From the NCBI RefSeq assembly GCF_037042905.1, contig NC_087245.1, positions 16,368,001 to 16,432,000 of the forward strand: 64,000 nucleotides of DNA, written 5' to 3'. Below, piece after piece: positions 1-15,085 of this stretch. Below the pieces are notes generated by a model. That model worked only from the letters and a program-made list of their open reading frames with translations, made no database searches and was not told the DNA's origin. Each line of letters starts with the position of its first letter. The stretch's first letter is position 1. This DNA comes from Lytechinus pictus (taxonomy: Eukaryota). Position numbers and translations under genes: made by a program.

Positions 1-3000
1 ACTGCCACAGACAAAGTGATTGATGAACAGATTGGGACTGATACCCCGCCCATTAATAAAATTGAATTGGTAGCCAATGATATGGAGTAATCAAAGAGAT
101 GCGTCTTCATCTTCTAACGTCAGTGGATGTTTATCACTCCATACTTCAAGCTCTGATTTCAAGACGTCACACTCTCCATCTCAATTCCAAAGACGTATAT
201 TATATTGAATGAGGCAATACATTAATTAGAAATCGGGGGGGGGGGGGGTGTCATCGACGTGGTCGTAAAAGAGCTAAGATCGGGGATTCGATAAAGGCTG
301 AAATATGAAATGCACTAAATAATATCAACTGATAGTAATATATGCATAAAAGTAAATAATAATATTATTGATCTATTCATCTTTCCCGGGGGCAGTGTCT
401 TTCTCTCACACACTCTCCCATTCACTCTGGTTCCGTATCTAGATCTTCCCCTATTTACCATCTACCTTTCATAAGAATCAGTTAATATTGATACCCCTCC
501 CCCTCCTCCTCGCGACATCATGGTTGTTATCTCCTGATAATTATCTGTCACAGGGATAAGAGAGAAAAAAGATAAAATACTAATCGAATTGATACTCCTA
601 ATTGAAATGATAGCCGCAATTCTTAAACCGACACCATAGCAGGAATGTAAAGTCATTAAATCAGTGATACCAGCTTTAGAAAATTACATTAATTTTGATT
701 GGGCATCACAAACTTATGATTAAATTTGAATTATTAATCTACTCTCTTTCGGTTTACGCTACAGTATACTTTTCTTACGAGGTCTAGTTTTATTGATTGC
801 GATGACGTGTTTGTCGAACACCATTTTTGAAGGTTTGGATCAAGACAATAGCTCTATGGTTCGAACATACAAACTTTGAATGTGCAAATAAATATCTTGA
901 TCTCCTGACATAGCAGCACTCAAATCAGGCAATCTAGTGTTTTAAACATTGACCATCATGGATTATAAAAAGCAGGTGAATAGAATAGCTTGTTTGTTTC
1001 CAGGTACTCGTAGCTGAAAGGTGAATGCATGAAATTGAAATGCCCTGCAAGAGCATCCTTTGAATTCCTACTAAGTGAAGGTATAGAGGACATTTGGGAC
1101 ATGGGCTCACTACAAACTGGTCTATGCGACTCGTAACAGTGCACGCGCGTGTAACTCTCGTGTAAAACTGAACTTTATTTTTTTATAATTTCACTGAGCA
1201 ACTATTCAATATTATGTTTTACGACGTTTAACAGTACAGCAGGATGTGACTATGGTAACTGTTTACATCCCTTCTATCGGCTATACAAATATTGCCAATT
1301 ACCAGTGTAGGTATATAGAAATGTTAATATTGAAAATAAATTATTACAACATTTGTTATTATTATCATAATAATATTAATACGAATGTCAAAGCATTGAA
1401 TGACATTCATTTTTGGAATATACACTGTAAAAATCAAAGGTTTATGAATACCCCTCTGTGTGTTTATCTAGCACCATGAATGGTTTATTGTGGCTCCCTG
1501 TCGATGGTGTACGTAGTTTCAACACCCCAGTATTGCATTGTTAGTTTTGACAAATCTCCCAGCCAGAGATATTGCTCAAATTATAGAAATTATCATAATA
1601 CGCGATCCAGAGTCTGTATAGTTCACGATCATCATTACAGCTATAGCACACCTAAATATAATTTTAATCCGTCCTTTTGTGCGTAAGAAGACGAATCATC
1701 TGATTAAGAGATAATCTCGATTTCCTTTGATTTATCTCCACAGAAGTTGCTTCCTATACCAATGGAGAGAGGTTCTGTCTTTCTGGAAATCTAGGTGATT
1801 TCCGTCCTGTATCCTCCCAGTTTCACGACCCTTCATCAACCCCTCCAACATCGGGGCGTTGACGTCCGTATGCGGTTTAACCGATTGGCTCCTGGATTCG
1901 AGTAATCCTCAAGTATAGCTGCTTTAAATCGACGATGGATGATAGGGAGGCCTGAACGAGAATATCTAGAAAGGGGGCTTGTTTGAAGACTCGTCTATAT
2001 GCTGAGAAGCCTATACACTCGGTAAGATGTTTTAAAAGTTTAAAGGAAGATATTGTGGTGGGAAAAGTGTAATCAATCACTTTATGCTTTCAAATTCTGT
2101 CCAAGTTATTTAGAAGAATGTCAAAGTTTAAAAATCCCTAATGCAAACGACTGTTCTACAGGTTCCCTAATATTAAATTCGTATTCAATCTTAGGGGCAA
2201 ATATTTTTCGTGTTGTCCCTTAAACACATTCTACAGATCTGTGTGCAGTGTATGTCACTCAAAGCATGGAGCCAGCATGGACCCTACTTAGAACATCCAT
2301 GCTCAAATTTTGGAGGACAAAGATATGGTAATAACTTCTGATAATTTCGGCCATTCCAAACTGCATACACTCACCCTTACGTGCTTAATAATGATTAATA
2401 TTTCCAAATCGTTTGGAGAAGGTTTTTTTTTTATACTTAAATCTCGTGACCTGAACTAATGTTTATCTTTAAGGAACCAATGCCTTCCTGTGTCTCAACT
2501 GTTAGAGTGTACTGCATAACTCGACTAGACGGAATTGAAAGGATATGTTAGCATTATCATGATTATTTTTGAAACTCTAGATCCTTTGATTTGAACTTGA
2601 GATCAACATAAACACGACAGCAGGAAAGAAAGCATGTTGGGTGGATTTGACGCCTAAGGACCCAACCCCTCCTTCAGATTACACACTGGAACTATCGTGC
2701 GGAGTTTGAATAGAGGATTAGAACTTTGATCATGTTTGATTAATGTTGCCAATACTTGGGAGATTAAAGCGGAAATCTTAGCTGACTATGCACTGTTATG
2801 ACAAGCAAATAACTTGAAAATGCATGTCATTCTATTTTTTTTTCTTTGAAAAGATAGACCATGTAGACTGTGGTTTGTCCTGTCCACCACTCTACCGTAA
2901 CCAATCTTGTAAAATTTTACGGTTCCATGACATTTTCTCCGGCGACAATTGCTCCGATGTAAAATCTGCACGTTAAGCCAAACATAAGACATAACTTCCA

Positions 3001-3817
3001 ATACTAAACATTAATCTTTACATTATTCTGAACCAAAAACTCTATTTCAATCTTAGCTCTAACCCTATGCCCTCCGGTTCGGTCGTATACTGTCCAGGCA
3101 ACTAGGTGATGACCAATTCAGAATGGTGCTACCGTCTCTGTAGTCATATTGAGTATGCTTTATAGAACACCATCCCACCTTATCGCATTTGGCTGTGGTC
3201 AAATTTGACTAGAAATTTGTCAAACAGACCAAATAATTTTTGAATTCAGCTGGCCTTTCATCTAGTCATATTGCCTCGTTTAGTGGGTTACAATAGGCAA
3301 CTGTTGCTATACAGCAATTGCACAATATTTACATCACATTCATTAAAACAGATTTTACACGATTTATCATGAATTCACACCAAACTTACAGAATCTCATA
3401 CAAGTTCACAAAACTCACCACACCCCTACAATACAGTGTCAAGAAAGCAATGACATGGGCAATTTTCTGACTCGCTCTTTTCAGACCTACACTGCTACAT
3501 GTGGTTTGGTGACTGGGTGAAATTATGTGTTTGACCTGATGATTTCCAATCATGTTCCGTGAAAGTCAAAATCTTGTGATTGAATGAATTGATCTGTGGT
3601 AAATTTGATGTTTAATGTACCGCATTAAATGCAGAAATCAACGAAATATCCCATTTTGCATGAAACCTCGTTAAATACACTCGTGCAATTAGATGAGAAG
3701 ATTGCTTGACGCCTATATTTCTTCTTTACATCTGTGAATGTCATTGAAATTTTACATTAAAATGAAACGGAATATGGCAAGTTGACCTTGCAATAAATTG
3801 GCTCAAGTTTAATCGGT

Positions 3818-4300
3818 TACACTTCGTAATTCCGAAGGTTCTTTATTCCGAAGGTTCGTAATTCCGAAACACGCAAATTGCCTATACCTCGATGTTCGTT
3901 AATCCGAAAACGTAAAAGGGTTCGTTAATCCGAACATTTGTGGCGTTATTCCGAAGGTTCGTTATTCCGAAGGTTCGATAATCCGAAAACGAAATAAGGT
4001 TCGATGTTCCGAAGGTTCGTTAGTCCGAAAACGAAATAAGGTTAGTTAATAATTTAGTTTTCGGACAAGCGAACCTTCGGAATTACGAACCTCATTTCTT
4101 TTTCGGATTAACGAACCTTCGGAATTACGAACCTCACTTTGTTTTCGGACTAACGAACCTTCGGAATTACGAACCTCATTTCGTTTTCGGACTAACGAAC
4201 CTTCGGAATTACGAACCTTCGGAAATACGAACCTTCGGAATAATGGACCTTCGGAATATCCGAACCTTCGGAATAACGAAGCTTCGGAATTACGAATGTA
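3818..4300. mobile_element. Foldback-type element made of ~15-bp units (TTCCGAAGGTTCGTA/T) in two opposed arrays
   Basis: Left array reads ...ttccgaaggttcg..., right array ...cgaaccttcggaa...; ends tacacttcgtaattccgaag / cttcggaattacgaatgta are near reverse complements. Confidence 0.8.
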
Positions 4301-7300
4301 TGTGAGTTTGGTTAATCATGCTCATTGTTTTCATGATTTTACTCTGTTTTCCTGCATTGATGCAAAATAGAAGATTAACCAATAATCACAATTCATATCG
4401 ATTATCAAGAACAATGCTCGTTAGCTTCATCAAAGGAGTGACATTCTGTACAAAGTGCAGATCAATTAAATAATTTTTCACTTGACATTAAATTCAGACA
4501 TGGCTTTGAAATTCACACTCCTCGTCTCCTCTGCGGTCGCATCAAATCATTTACCAGTAATGTTTATTTACAATTCTGCATTTTCAACAAATTATGTTCA
4601 GCTGGTAAATCTACGTATAGATAAAAGTCATGCAAGGGATATAGCAATCAGTCTGTAATGTGATGTGTTCAATTAAGCCCCCTTTCCTGGATATTTCATT
4701 CGGGTTGTGAATCTCGTTGAAGCGAACCAGTCTTGGATTAGTAACCAAAGGAGGTTATTGTGGAAAAATGATCCTTATTGTGGCTACCGGAGTATATTCC
4801 AACTACTGTGGACTAATTGAAATAAGAATATCATAAGTATAGGCTATGTCGTATCCGTTCAAAGCCACAAAGAGCCTATGATCATGATAGACAATAAGAA
4901 AGAAATTTTGCGCTTGCCTGGGGTTTGCACAATAATGGGGTAATAGGAGCTAAAGAGCTGCGATCTTAATTCCCTGCATTCTTCTAGCCATGCTTCAAGA
5001 CCGAACCATTATGCATTTCCATTTATGCGGAGTCATTTGACTTTTGCTGGAGTCAGCCGGGATTCAGCTCTATCGTAATTGTGTCATGCCGTGTCCAAAA
5101 TCTACTATAGTCTACTGGAGTCTAAAAAAGAGTCACTTTGACCCGGATTATCCTGACTCAAAGATGTCATTTTCGTGTTGAATTTAATTGAGATCGTCAT
5201 GATTTTGTTAATTAGAGTGATTTACCTAATGCTTGAATTACCAATTTGCTCCCTCGCCAAGTAAACTTTCAAAACCTGATTTAGAAGTTAGTTTAAATTC
5301 ATTTAATTACAGGGTTTCTTCGATAAGCTACTTTCAATCAATTAGTTGTTTGTAAAGTAGTCTGTGTGCAATCTGTACCTTTAAGTAGCTATTAATATTT
5401 CACCTGAACCTGGGTTTTAATAGAATTCCGCTCGGTCAAAAGTGTGATTTCATTTCAATGCTAACGTTTATCATTATTTTTCAGAGGAGAAACCTTTCTT
5501 ATCAGTTCAATCGTCGATGTTTAATTAAATTTCCAGCTTCACTGACAGCCTGTCTAGTTTATGCTCGGTAATAGCAGATGAATACGTTACCCATGCAAAC
5601 TTTTCCAGTGCAATAGGATACACGTGCCCTGAACGAGGCTTAACTCAAGACCTATAAATAGCTTTTCGCGAAAAAATGCTATGATCTGATGATAGTGCAT
5701 GAATGTTTATTTATTCATTTGAAAATGAAAAATGAACATAATAGCCCATCGTGTGTGTTAGGGTGCGTGCGTATGTGTTGTTATCATTTTTTCAGTTTTA
5801 TCTATCCGTAATTAGGCCTACATTGAAAGTGTATGTGCTGTATACAACAGACCTATACTTTGATCGAATTTGTTACGTTTTTCCCATCTTTTACATTATT
5901 ATATTTCGTTTTTGTTGAATTCCTTCTGTACAATTATACTGGACCATTTTTTACCCGATAGACCAAAAAGAGAGAAAATAGAAATTCTCGTAGCATGACA
6001 GTAAACTCAATTATCGATGTTTGAATACAACTAACTGCAAGTGGTGTGTTTATTTTTATTTTCCGCCTGACTTTAATGAGACAATTTATAATATAATTTT
6101 GAAACTTCCTACATTTCCTATTAGGTTATATTTACTTTTGACGATGCATTCTTTTAAGTCGATCTTAGGGACTTTCGTCATTCCGCATGCTATTTTTCAA
6201 TCATTAAATATTAGTTCATATTTGGAATTACTATTGCACCTGGATCGTGCTTAATCAATTTCATGACAAAAGAATGACTGATAATAATTCTATACACTAA
6301 GAAAATATATTAACAGCAGTACGGGAGGTGCAAATTACCACTTTAATAAACTTTTACTAAGATACTCCCTCGTGTATTTATCATTTGCCCCCCCCCCCCG
6401 GACATCTGCACCCATGCTCACCTTTACACAAGTGTTTAGATGTTTCCTTTTCTTTTTTACAAAACTAAATGGTAGTACTTTCCACCCTATAGGGTGCAAT
6501 AATGCATGATGCTTCTTGGGCAGTATGGTGCAAAGATGGCCAACTAAAGAGTTGCTAAGATTAAATGCCGAATTTAATAATAATAATGATAATAAAATTA
6601 ATAATAATCATAATAATAATAATAATAATATTGTTAACCATCTTCATTGAATTCCTGTATATATAGTCATTGGCGTGTTAGCGTATGAAGTATTTTATAT
6701 ATACAATCTGATTTAGACTCTGAAATATGCATTTTACTGCTCGACTGTATTTTTTTTTACTATGTCTATTTAATACGATCATACAAGTATACAATCGCTT
6801 TATCGTAGAATTGCCCAAATTTCAGTATCTTTGAGCATGTTGAATCAAAATTTTAATCATTTCATTTTCAGAAGAATCCATATTTACTTCTTCCTCAATT
6901 AATGTTTGAATTGTCAAAATTAATGCTATCTCTCACATTGCATCAAAGTCGGATGAAGCCCTATGTTTTATACATGGCATGAGTTTTGAATGCCAAGCCC
7001 CAACGTCGGTCTAATTACACATCGTAGGAAGGCTATTTTAATCATGAATAATACACATATTATTCCTATATCCGAACATGATAACTACATGAATTTGATT
7101 AGAAAGAACTTCCCTTGTTTTCACATTCAAACATTTTTTTATTTGCGCGTATTGTTTTCTGCATTTATTTGTATATTTCAAACCATGGCCATTTATTCGT
7201 ATTGGTACTTTGGTAAACGTATATATACCTTTATTAATATGAAAAGTCAAACTGTAGGCAGATCATATTTTATTCTTATCTCAAGTATGATGAGAATTAT

Positions 7301-9570
7301 ATATACATGTAAACGAATATAGTTATACTCACCTATATGAAAACGGTTCTCTTGTGAATGCCTCCGAATAGTACTCCCTTTAAATATGAATACCATACTA
7401 CTGGGAGGTTGCCAATAGAAACCTGACGCGGGAAGATGGGGATGATATGGGTGTCGTTAAACAGTGCGATGGGGTGGATTCGGCTGCTCCCTCGTAACAT
7501 CAAGTCAATGCCTTCATCAAAACCTTCCCTCCTAAATTGCGATCATTACCAACCAAGATCAATTCGTCGTGATATAGCAAAAACTATCACACGGTGTGCG
7601 TGCGTGTGTGTGCGATAAAAATGAAATATTACACATATGCATAGTTTGTGTATGTTTTTATATCGCAGAGCCGCGTTGACATCAAACAAATCGGTGGGCA
7701 GACGGTGCGTATTGGTTTCGAGTAAACACGTGAACTTGTGTGACAGATGAGGAAGAGGAGTTGAGAAGAGAGAAAGAGAGAGGGAGAGGGGGAGATGGCG
7801 GTAAATGCAATACCGCTAGGTGCTTTAATAACGGACATATTACAGCTCAGGCGTAGATTTCATGGACACTGTCAGAAGTGTGATAAGATCAGGTGACATA
7901 AAAGTTCCTTTTTGACACAAATATAGGTAAAATCCCTTGCTCCCAAAAAAATTTGAGGCTGTTTCCTTTTTGTCACTGATCAGCTCGAACCGTCCCTTCA
8001 CAGGCAAACATCATTATTAATATCATTATTGTTATCATTATAATTACTCCTACTTGCCACAACTACAACTTCTTCTAATGGTAATTGAAGCCATAACAAC
8101 AACAATAATAATCACCATCATCATGAAAATGAAATGAAAGAAATGATAATAATAATATTGTTTTTATTATCTTTAATGATAATGATGATAATAATCATAA
8201 TAATAGTTATAATGATGCTGTATTAGTGTTAATATAATTATCATTAACATAAATTTTGATATACTTTTCTCTATGATTCATCATAGTCAATAGCATCAGT
8301 TCAATATTGCCTTGTCTGATCGGATCGTCATTGTGTCGTTCAGAGGGAAGAACAGGGGGGGGGGGGGGGGAGAAGCAATGTGGACATTGCCCTAAGCGTG
8401 GTACTTGAACCCGATCATGAAAACACACTTGAACCTTCCAGCGTCAATATACTTTACACATATAGGCCTAATGTGTTAGATTTCTTACCCTCGAGGCATT
8501 CAGGTCTGGGATTTCGTGTTTTGCGATACAATTATGTCGGCTACATGTATGGCTTTATATGTTAACATATTGTCCGTTATTGTAGAATGCAACGCTTGTG
8601 GTAGGAAGGGGAGCAGGGCCATGTCCCCAGCCCCCCCCCCCCCCAGCCCCCAATACCAAATATATGACAGAAAGAATCTTTGCTTATTGAAGTCTTCTGT
8701 TTGTTTTTGTATTTTTTCTTCTCTTTATTGGTCAGGCTAGCCCGATTTGCCCTATAGCTCTTTCAAATTACTATATTGAAAAAATAAAGGCACCTGGTGC
8801 AAAAACAGTCCCCTTCAAATATTTTATATTTCGGGTCATCATTGTTTTTGTATACTACACATGCTCAGATTGCTTGCTAAGAGACTTTTCGATTTCTCGA
8901 GAGTTTAAAGGGCAACAATCTGACATAGCACCACAAGTAATTGTACAGACTGGTGGTATCACTGTATTTTGACATTTTATCTGGTTCTTTAACATCAAAA
9001 CTTAGTGAAAACATTTGGAATGTGTTTCCATTTTCTCCTTAAAATATGCAATGCCAGGTAGAATCTGCACATTACTTCTGTATTTGCATGAGCAAATTAT
9101 TTTAGATGCATAGCTTATTTTGTCGTACATCAAACGAATAAAAATGCTACAAACATCATTGACATGGTTGCATGATTGTGTCTTTAAGAGGATCGTGGGA
9201 GAAGTATACAAACATGATTGTCTCAAGTTTGTCTCTATAGGTTATCGGCAATTTTGTTTCCGCTCCCTCAAAGGGAAAAAAACATTCCCGTGATGCACTG
9301 AGTGCTAAGACTAAAAAAAAGAATTCCTTCCCTCAACCTGAGTCCCCACGGTCTATTGTTGTATTTTATTTATTTGATCTATAATTCGACTACTATTTTA
9401 ACAAATTTCCGTTATTTCTTTAAGGATTACCGCCTTTTATATCAACAGTGCGTACTCTTGAAATGTTGAGCAACATTTGGTAGCAGATTAACCAACTTAG
9501 GAGTATTTATAATTAATTACATCAAAGAGTCATTTATTAGGGTTTGCATACTTTATGGTTTCCTTATAGC

Positions 9571-9675
9571 CACTGGCGTAAATCCAGGCGATTAACCTAT
9601 TGTTTAGGGGATGATCAATTGTCACACCCCCCCCCCCCTGTTTGAATAGTGTGACGTCACGGATTTACGCCAGTA
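9571..9675. mobile_element. 105-bp hAT-like MITE
   Basis: TIR cactggcgtaaatcc / ggatttacgccagta; 8-bp TSD cttatagc / cttatggc (7 of 8 match). Confidence 0.7.
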
Positions 9676-10429
9676 CTTATGGCAATGAAAAACTTCAAAT
9701 TTCTTTCCATATTTCTTCAACCAAGTGTTGCCACTCTCCTTATCAATTTTGTTAACAAGAAGAGTGTGGTGTGCTTACAACAACATAAAAAGTTTTGATT
9801 GTTATTCATATTCCTATGCACAATTTAGACTATTCTGCTTGAAAGTCTTCGAAGAAAATCAAGTTCTCATTTTTTTTTAATAAAGAGCAGTAAGGACAAA
9901 AAATAGGCCTATTACTATCCTCGATCATTGCACTTTTCACCTTTCATTTCAATAAACACAGCCTAATTCATATCCATAATATCTTTCATCTGAGTCTTAA
10001 TATAAATTCAATATATCATCGGGGCCTAGGCTAGAATTTAATTATTTTCTTATCCAACGACGGGCTTCTCATATACCCCGAGAACTTCATTCTATGTTAT
10101 CTCGAGATTTATAGAGAAGACAAGGTAGCGTTATATGAATGAGATTCTTTAATTAAGGAGGAGATATTACTAAGAAAATCGTTGGAAGAAGAAAAAATAA
10201 ACGGGAAAATTGCAGTGTGATGAGAGATAAAGACATGCTACCCATTGAACCTCTGTGATGTGCAAAGATGTGTCTGCTGAATTATGTATTCTTTTATAAT
10301 GTATTTATCATAGTAACTTTTTTTCATTTACGCTCTATCCTCTATACGTCTTAATTTTAACCAAATAGTTTTCGTTATTAAATTTCGGGAATATTTTTTC
10401 TGTAATGAAATGAAACAGAATACAGTTGG

Positions 10430-10720
10430 AGAAAGAGAAAGAAAAGATAGAGAGATGGGGACAAAAAGGGACGGGGATTGAGAGAGACAGACAGACCTTG
10501 GCAGACGGGAAAAAAGGATAGCAAAGATGGTAGATGGAATGAATAGGGAGGGAGAGGGGTAGAGAAAGAACGAGAACAAGAGAGGGGAGAAAAGGAAGAG
10601 CCGGGGAGAGGAAGCTATGATAGATGAAGAAAAGCAGAAGTATAAATGGAAGGACTAGGAGATGGAAGAGAAAGAAAGAAGGGAAGTGGTAAATGAGGGA
10701 GAGAGAAAGAAAAGATCCAG
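10430..10720 (+). repeat. GA-rich low-complexity (polypurine) tract
   Basis: Mostly G/A over ~290 bp. Confidence 0.8.
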
Positions 10721-11519
10721 AGGGTTTGTGGATATGCATAGAATGGGAATGACAATGAATGATAGTCATCTTTCCTCCTACGAGTATAACCATGATAATG
10801 GGAGTCATCAATGGATCATGGCGCTCAGGTGTCCTTCATCAGATATAACATGTGCATTTTGGTGAATAATCAAGATGCATTTTTAATGATAGACTTTGAT
10901 AAAATGGGAACGGAGAATATTCAATTATGCATAGAGTTCAGATTATATCAAATCCTCAACAGATTTGAGATCGCTTACACTGGCATTAGCTCCCAATATT
11001 GGTCACATGCACTTACCAAATTGATAAATACTAAATTTAAGTATAGATAAATGAATAATAAACTGCTATCCAATTCATATTTAATGAACCTGATTGTTTT
11101 CCAATCGAGTGAAAATATGTATTCAATTCTATTCTCTTGTAAAAAATAACAATAAACAAAAATCGCATAACCGATATGTCGTTCATGTTTTATGATAATT
11201 CTCTGTACAATTTCATGTCACTTACTTATTAATTTAATGTTTGTTTGGGTTTTCCCCCTGGTTTTATTCTGACGGAAGTGTTTTTGCTTACACCATAATA
11301 TTTCACAAATGATGCTTATTCTGAAACATGAATTATTACAGTGAACGATAATGTGTCCATTTATATCCGTCTTTCTCAGTTTAATTCATGAACATATACT
11401 TTGGTATTTTTTTTAAATATCCAGTGCTTTAATTAGCCACTAGATACCGACCGTATAATTATACATTCCTAGATTAAATTAGATTGTGAATTTACAATTA
11501 TTTCAATTTTTGCCCCAAT

Positions 11520-12957
11520 AATGTAAATCGTGGATTGGCTCCTCTGGAATGCGTACTGTAGAATACTAATACATTCTGAACTTTTCTTAGAGTGCATAAT
11601 CGATTTAATACAATATTATTCAATCAATTATGTTTTGTATGGTTCGGATGTCCAAATGGGAACTGTAAATGTTGTAAATTGGATTTTTCTTGTATAATAT
11701 TTCTTTAAAAATCTAGTCAAAAGGATACTTTGTTTTATTATTTCATTTCAGTATATAATGTATAAAATGAATCTATATTTCACATTATATCTGCCAACTT
11801 TATCTTTAGTACTCTTTCTCCCTCTCTGTACTTCTACCAACTTTGACTTACTCTTTCCCTCTCTGCTCATTGGCTAATTCTTTCCCGCCTTTTTAGGAGT
11901 AGCAGTAATGCCAATTCATGTACCCCCTTTAGGGATGCTTTTGTACTTTGATGTGCACCATTGCACTTTTATTGTTAGATAGGGAGAGAGTCCAGTGACT
12001 CATGACACACTGGCAGTAGCAAGGGCATTCCCACTGTTTGTTGTTGAGGAGGAGACTTGTCCCTACAGAAGAAAGTTTAACTTTGAAGTATAGAAGTAAG
12101 TTGATTTATATATATATATTCTTATTTTAGTAAATTGAATGTTTATTTCATTGATATGTTATACTATTACTGTGATATGTATAAATGCATGTTATAATAT
12201 TTACTCAATTTGATTGGACAGAAAGCTCACCTGATAGTGATCCGTTATGTGCCTGAGTTTTGATTATTATATTCTATATATATATATATATTGCATTACC
12301 AATTGCTACATGTATAATATTCATTTTGATGTGATGATTTTGATTTATTTGTGTAATTATTGCACAGCTTTAAATAATAGAAATGAATAAAAAGTCAGTG
12401 TCAATAGACCAAATAGTAAATCTAATGTTACCATAGTTATGTATCGCTTAACATGGCTGTGTATATTTGTAAGTGACATTCATCAATTTCTATGTTATAG
12501 GACTTCTGCAAGGACTTCCTTTCATGTACTTAAGATGTCGAAGCAAAATGCGGAATTAGTGTCTGACCGGTGAGTTCATGGTCTAGGGAGAGTTGTTCAA
12601 CTTATATCATATGTATTTTATTGTGACTTTCTGCATACGAACATATTGTTGATACGATTTTATATCTAATGAAGGAAAGAGATATACTTCTTGATTTACT
12701 TTGTCTTTAATAGTCACTGAAGAAAATGTAGTTTATTGTCTTGATTGATAATGTAAATCTGTATTTGTTATGTTTAGAACTGTACTACTTTTCATACCGC
12801 TATTATGTAATGTGTGGTAATTATATTAATCATGTGTTTGTTTATATTTTGTTATCATACAGAGGCTGTTTTCCCTTGGTAAATAAAAGAACCCAATGAA
12901 ACCTCAGCCCTTGTGAGTCGTGTCCGTGTTGTGTGGTCGTCGGCGCGAACCCTTTCA
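11520..12957 (+). mobile_element. Possible solo LTR (left boundary uncertain)
   Basis: AATAAA at 12882, then a GC-richer U5-like stretch ending ...gcgaaccctttCA; internal mini-exons. No matching TSD found. Confidence 0.35.
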
Positions 12958-14524
12958 TAAAGAATATGCATGAAAAAAATCACAACTTCAGACAATATAC
13001 CGATGTGATCCCGACAGTGCTGCAGAAATCACTATAGACGTGCATTTCCGCCATCTACGTTTATAGTCATGTAAACTACTGGTTTGTATAGAAATTTATC
13101 TTCTTATACACACCATTGATTGCATTGTAAATTCAGTAACAAACCAGAGAAAAAAATCACCCTGGTATATAAAAGTTATAATAATATTTTGATCCCCAAC
13201 ATAGTTTATTCTTGAAAAGTGAATTGACTCTTGAATGTCATCCTGAAAAGGGGGGAAAGGGTAGCGTAAAAGGGTAGCGTAAAAGATTGGTCATCGCATC
13301 TTTCTGAATCAAAGTGCGTTTTCTAAAGAATCATGAGCTTTCAAAATAAAAAGATGCCTAAATAGTGGACAATGGCGGTCAAGGATACGATGAGTAAAGG
13401 ATCGTCCAGGGATAAAAGATGTAGTGGTCAACTGGTCATTGTGTAGCTGACCGGATCCTGTTCAACCCCAGGTAAGTGGCTCAAATGCGATAAAGGACCA
13501 GTGTGTTGGGGTGGTTCTCGAAAGCTTTGCGTTAAAACTCCATATTTGGAAATAAGTGATTTTTGTCTCATGTGTGTCGTAATGAAGCCACCGGAATGAA
13601 GCATGCACTGTTTCACCTAAGATCGTGAGAAGGAAATTCTTACAGGTGATGGGAACATTGTGAATATTTTTTGGCCTTGCCTTTCTGATTTGGAACCTTT
13701 GATGATCATCGAAATGGTAAGAATGGCGTAAGGAAGCTGTTACGAATGAATTGCACCTAGAATCTGTTGTATATTATAAAGGCATGGATTTAAAGTGATA
13801 TCAGTGACATGTAATTAGCACTATTTACAACTAGACGACACCGTTACTTTGTGAGGGACAACATCTCGTATCCTTTTCTGCATGAAAATAGCTGCTCCTT
13901 TAAAAATGTGAGTATCCTATTATAAATTATTGTGATTAGGCGGGGATTAGGATATATCTTGAAGTTTCGATCATGCATTCTTTAGGAAGATTGATACAAA
14001 GATCTTTATTCAAATATATAAGTTTCAAGATGTTAGGATAGAAAATGATATTGGAGAAGTACACTTATCAATAAAAAGAAGTAATGATTTGTTACATATT
14101 CTTTTAACAGCATTACGATATTGTATTCAATTTCTGAATGATTCGACAATGAAATCAATTTTCAATTTCATTCAACTTGAACAGAAAAACGAGAAATCAT
14201 TATGTTTTTTCGAACAAAAAATAACCGACATAAACGAATTTCAATGCATGTGATGTATCATTAATGATGTATTAATAATTGATACTTAATAATTGTTACT
14301 CCCGAATTATCGATTTCCATCAATCCATTGATATTTTAATACGATCTGGCGCCATCTAATGTAAAATGTTGGGTTGGTGCCATGACTGACCTGAACATAG
14401 CACCATGGATCAGTGTTAGGTCACTACATGTGACACCATGGCTGAAGCGGATTCAGGGGGCGAAGATGGGGTGTAGAATCACCCCTCCTTCCTCCTCATT
14501 GACTTCTGACATGTTTGACCAGTC

Positions 14525-15085
14525 CCCGGGGGGGCCACTTCCATTCACGAGTGGATACCATGCGCGACCATGGGGTCTCGAAAAGCACCCTAAACACGTA
14601 ATTTCCATATTCTGAAAATGCACCCCTTAACAAGTATTGGCTTGTGAAACCCTACCCTTAACAAGTATTGGAAACAAAACGATACTCTTGGCAAATATTC
14701 CCTGAAATGAACCCCTAAACAAGTACAAAAATGTTTTATTGTTACGGGTCCTTCGGTCGTCGGCTTTACCTTATTTGGTTTAGTACGACCCCACCTTCTA
14801 CACCTCGCGCAAATCGGACTCTAAACACGAAGTGTTGAGGCAAAAAGGACATCCTTTATAAAACATTTTAATGTTGTTTTATCATCCCCGCAAATTCGAC
14901 CCTTAACACGTAATTTTCCGAGCGAAATAGATACCCTTTTTTCATTATTTTTGTGTTTTTGACACCCTTATCACGTTACGTACGTAACGTGCCCTATCGT
15001 GAAAAAGACATCCTTTTTACGTGTTTTTTTGGTCGCGCATGGTATCCACTCGTCAATGTAAGTGGCCCCCCCCCCCCCCCCCGGG
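14525..15085. mobile_element. Non-autonomous DNA transposon (MITE) with CCCGGG ends and 8-bp TSD
   Basis: ~45-bp TIR cccggg(g)nccactt...cgagtggataccatgcgcgacca; perfect TSD GACCAGTC at 14517-14524 and 15086-15093. Confidence 0.9.

Noticed and set aside
3818-4300. CRISPR-like repeat array
   Set aside because: The units are contiguous or separated by repeated (non-unique) spacers, sit in inverted arrays, and lie in a eukaryotic context with no cas genes.
10328-10865. ORFs of 67-158 aa
   Set aside because: Artefacts of the GA/CT low-complexity tract.
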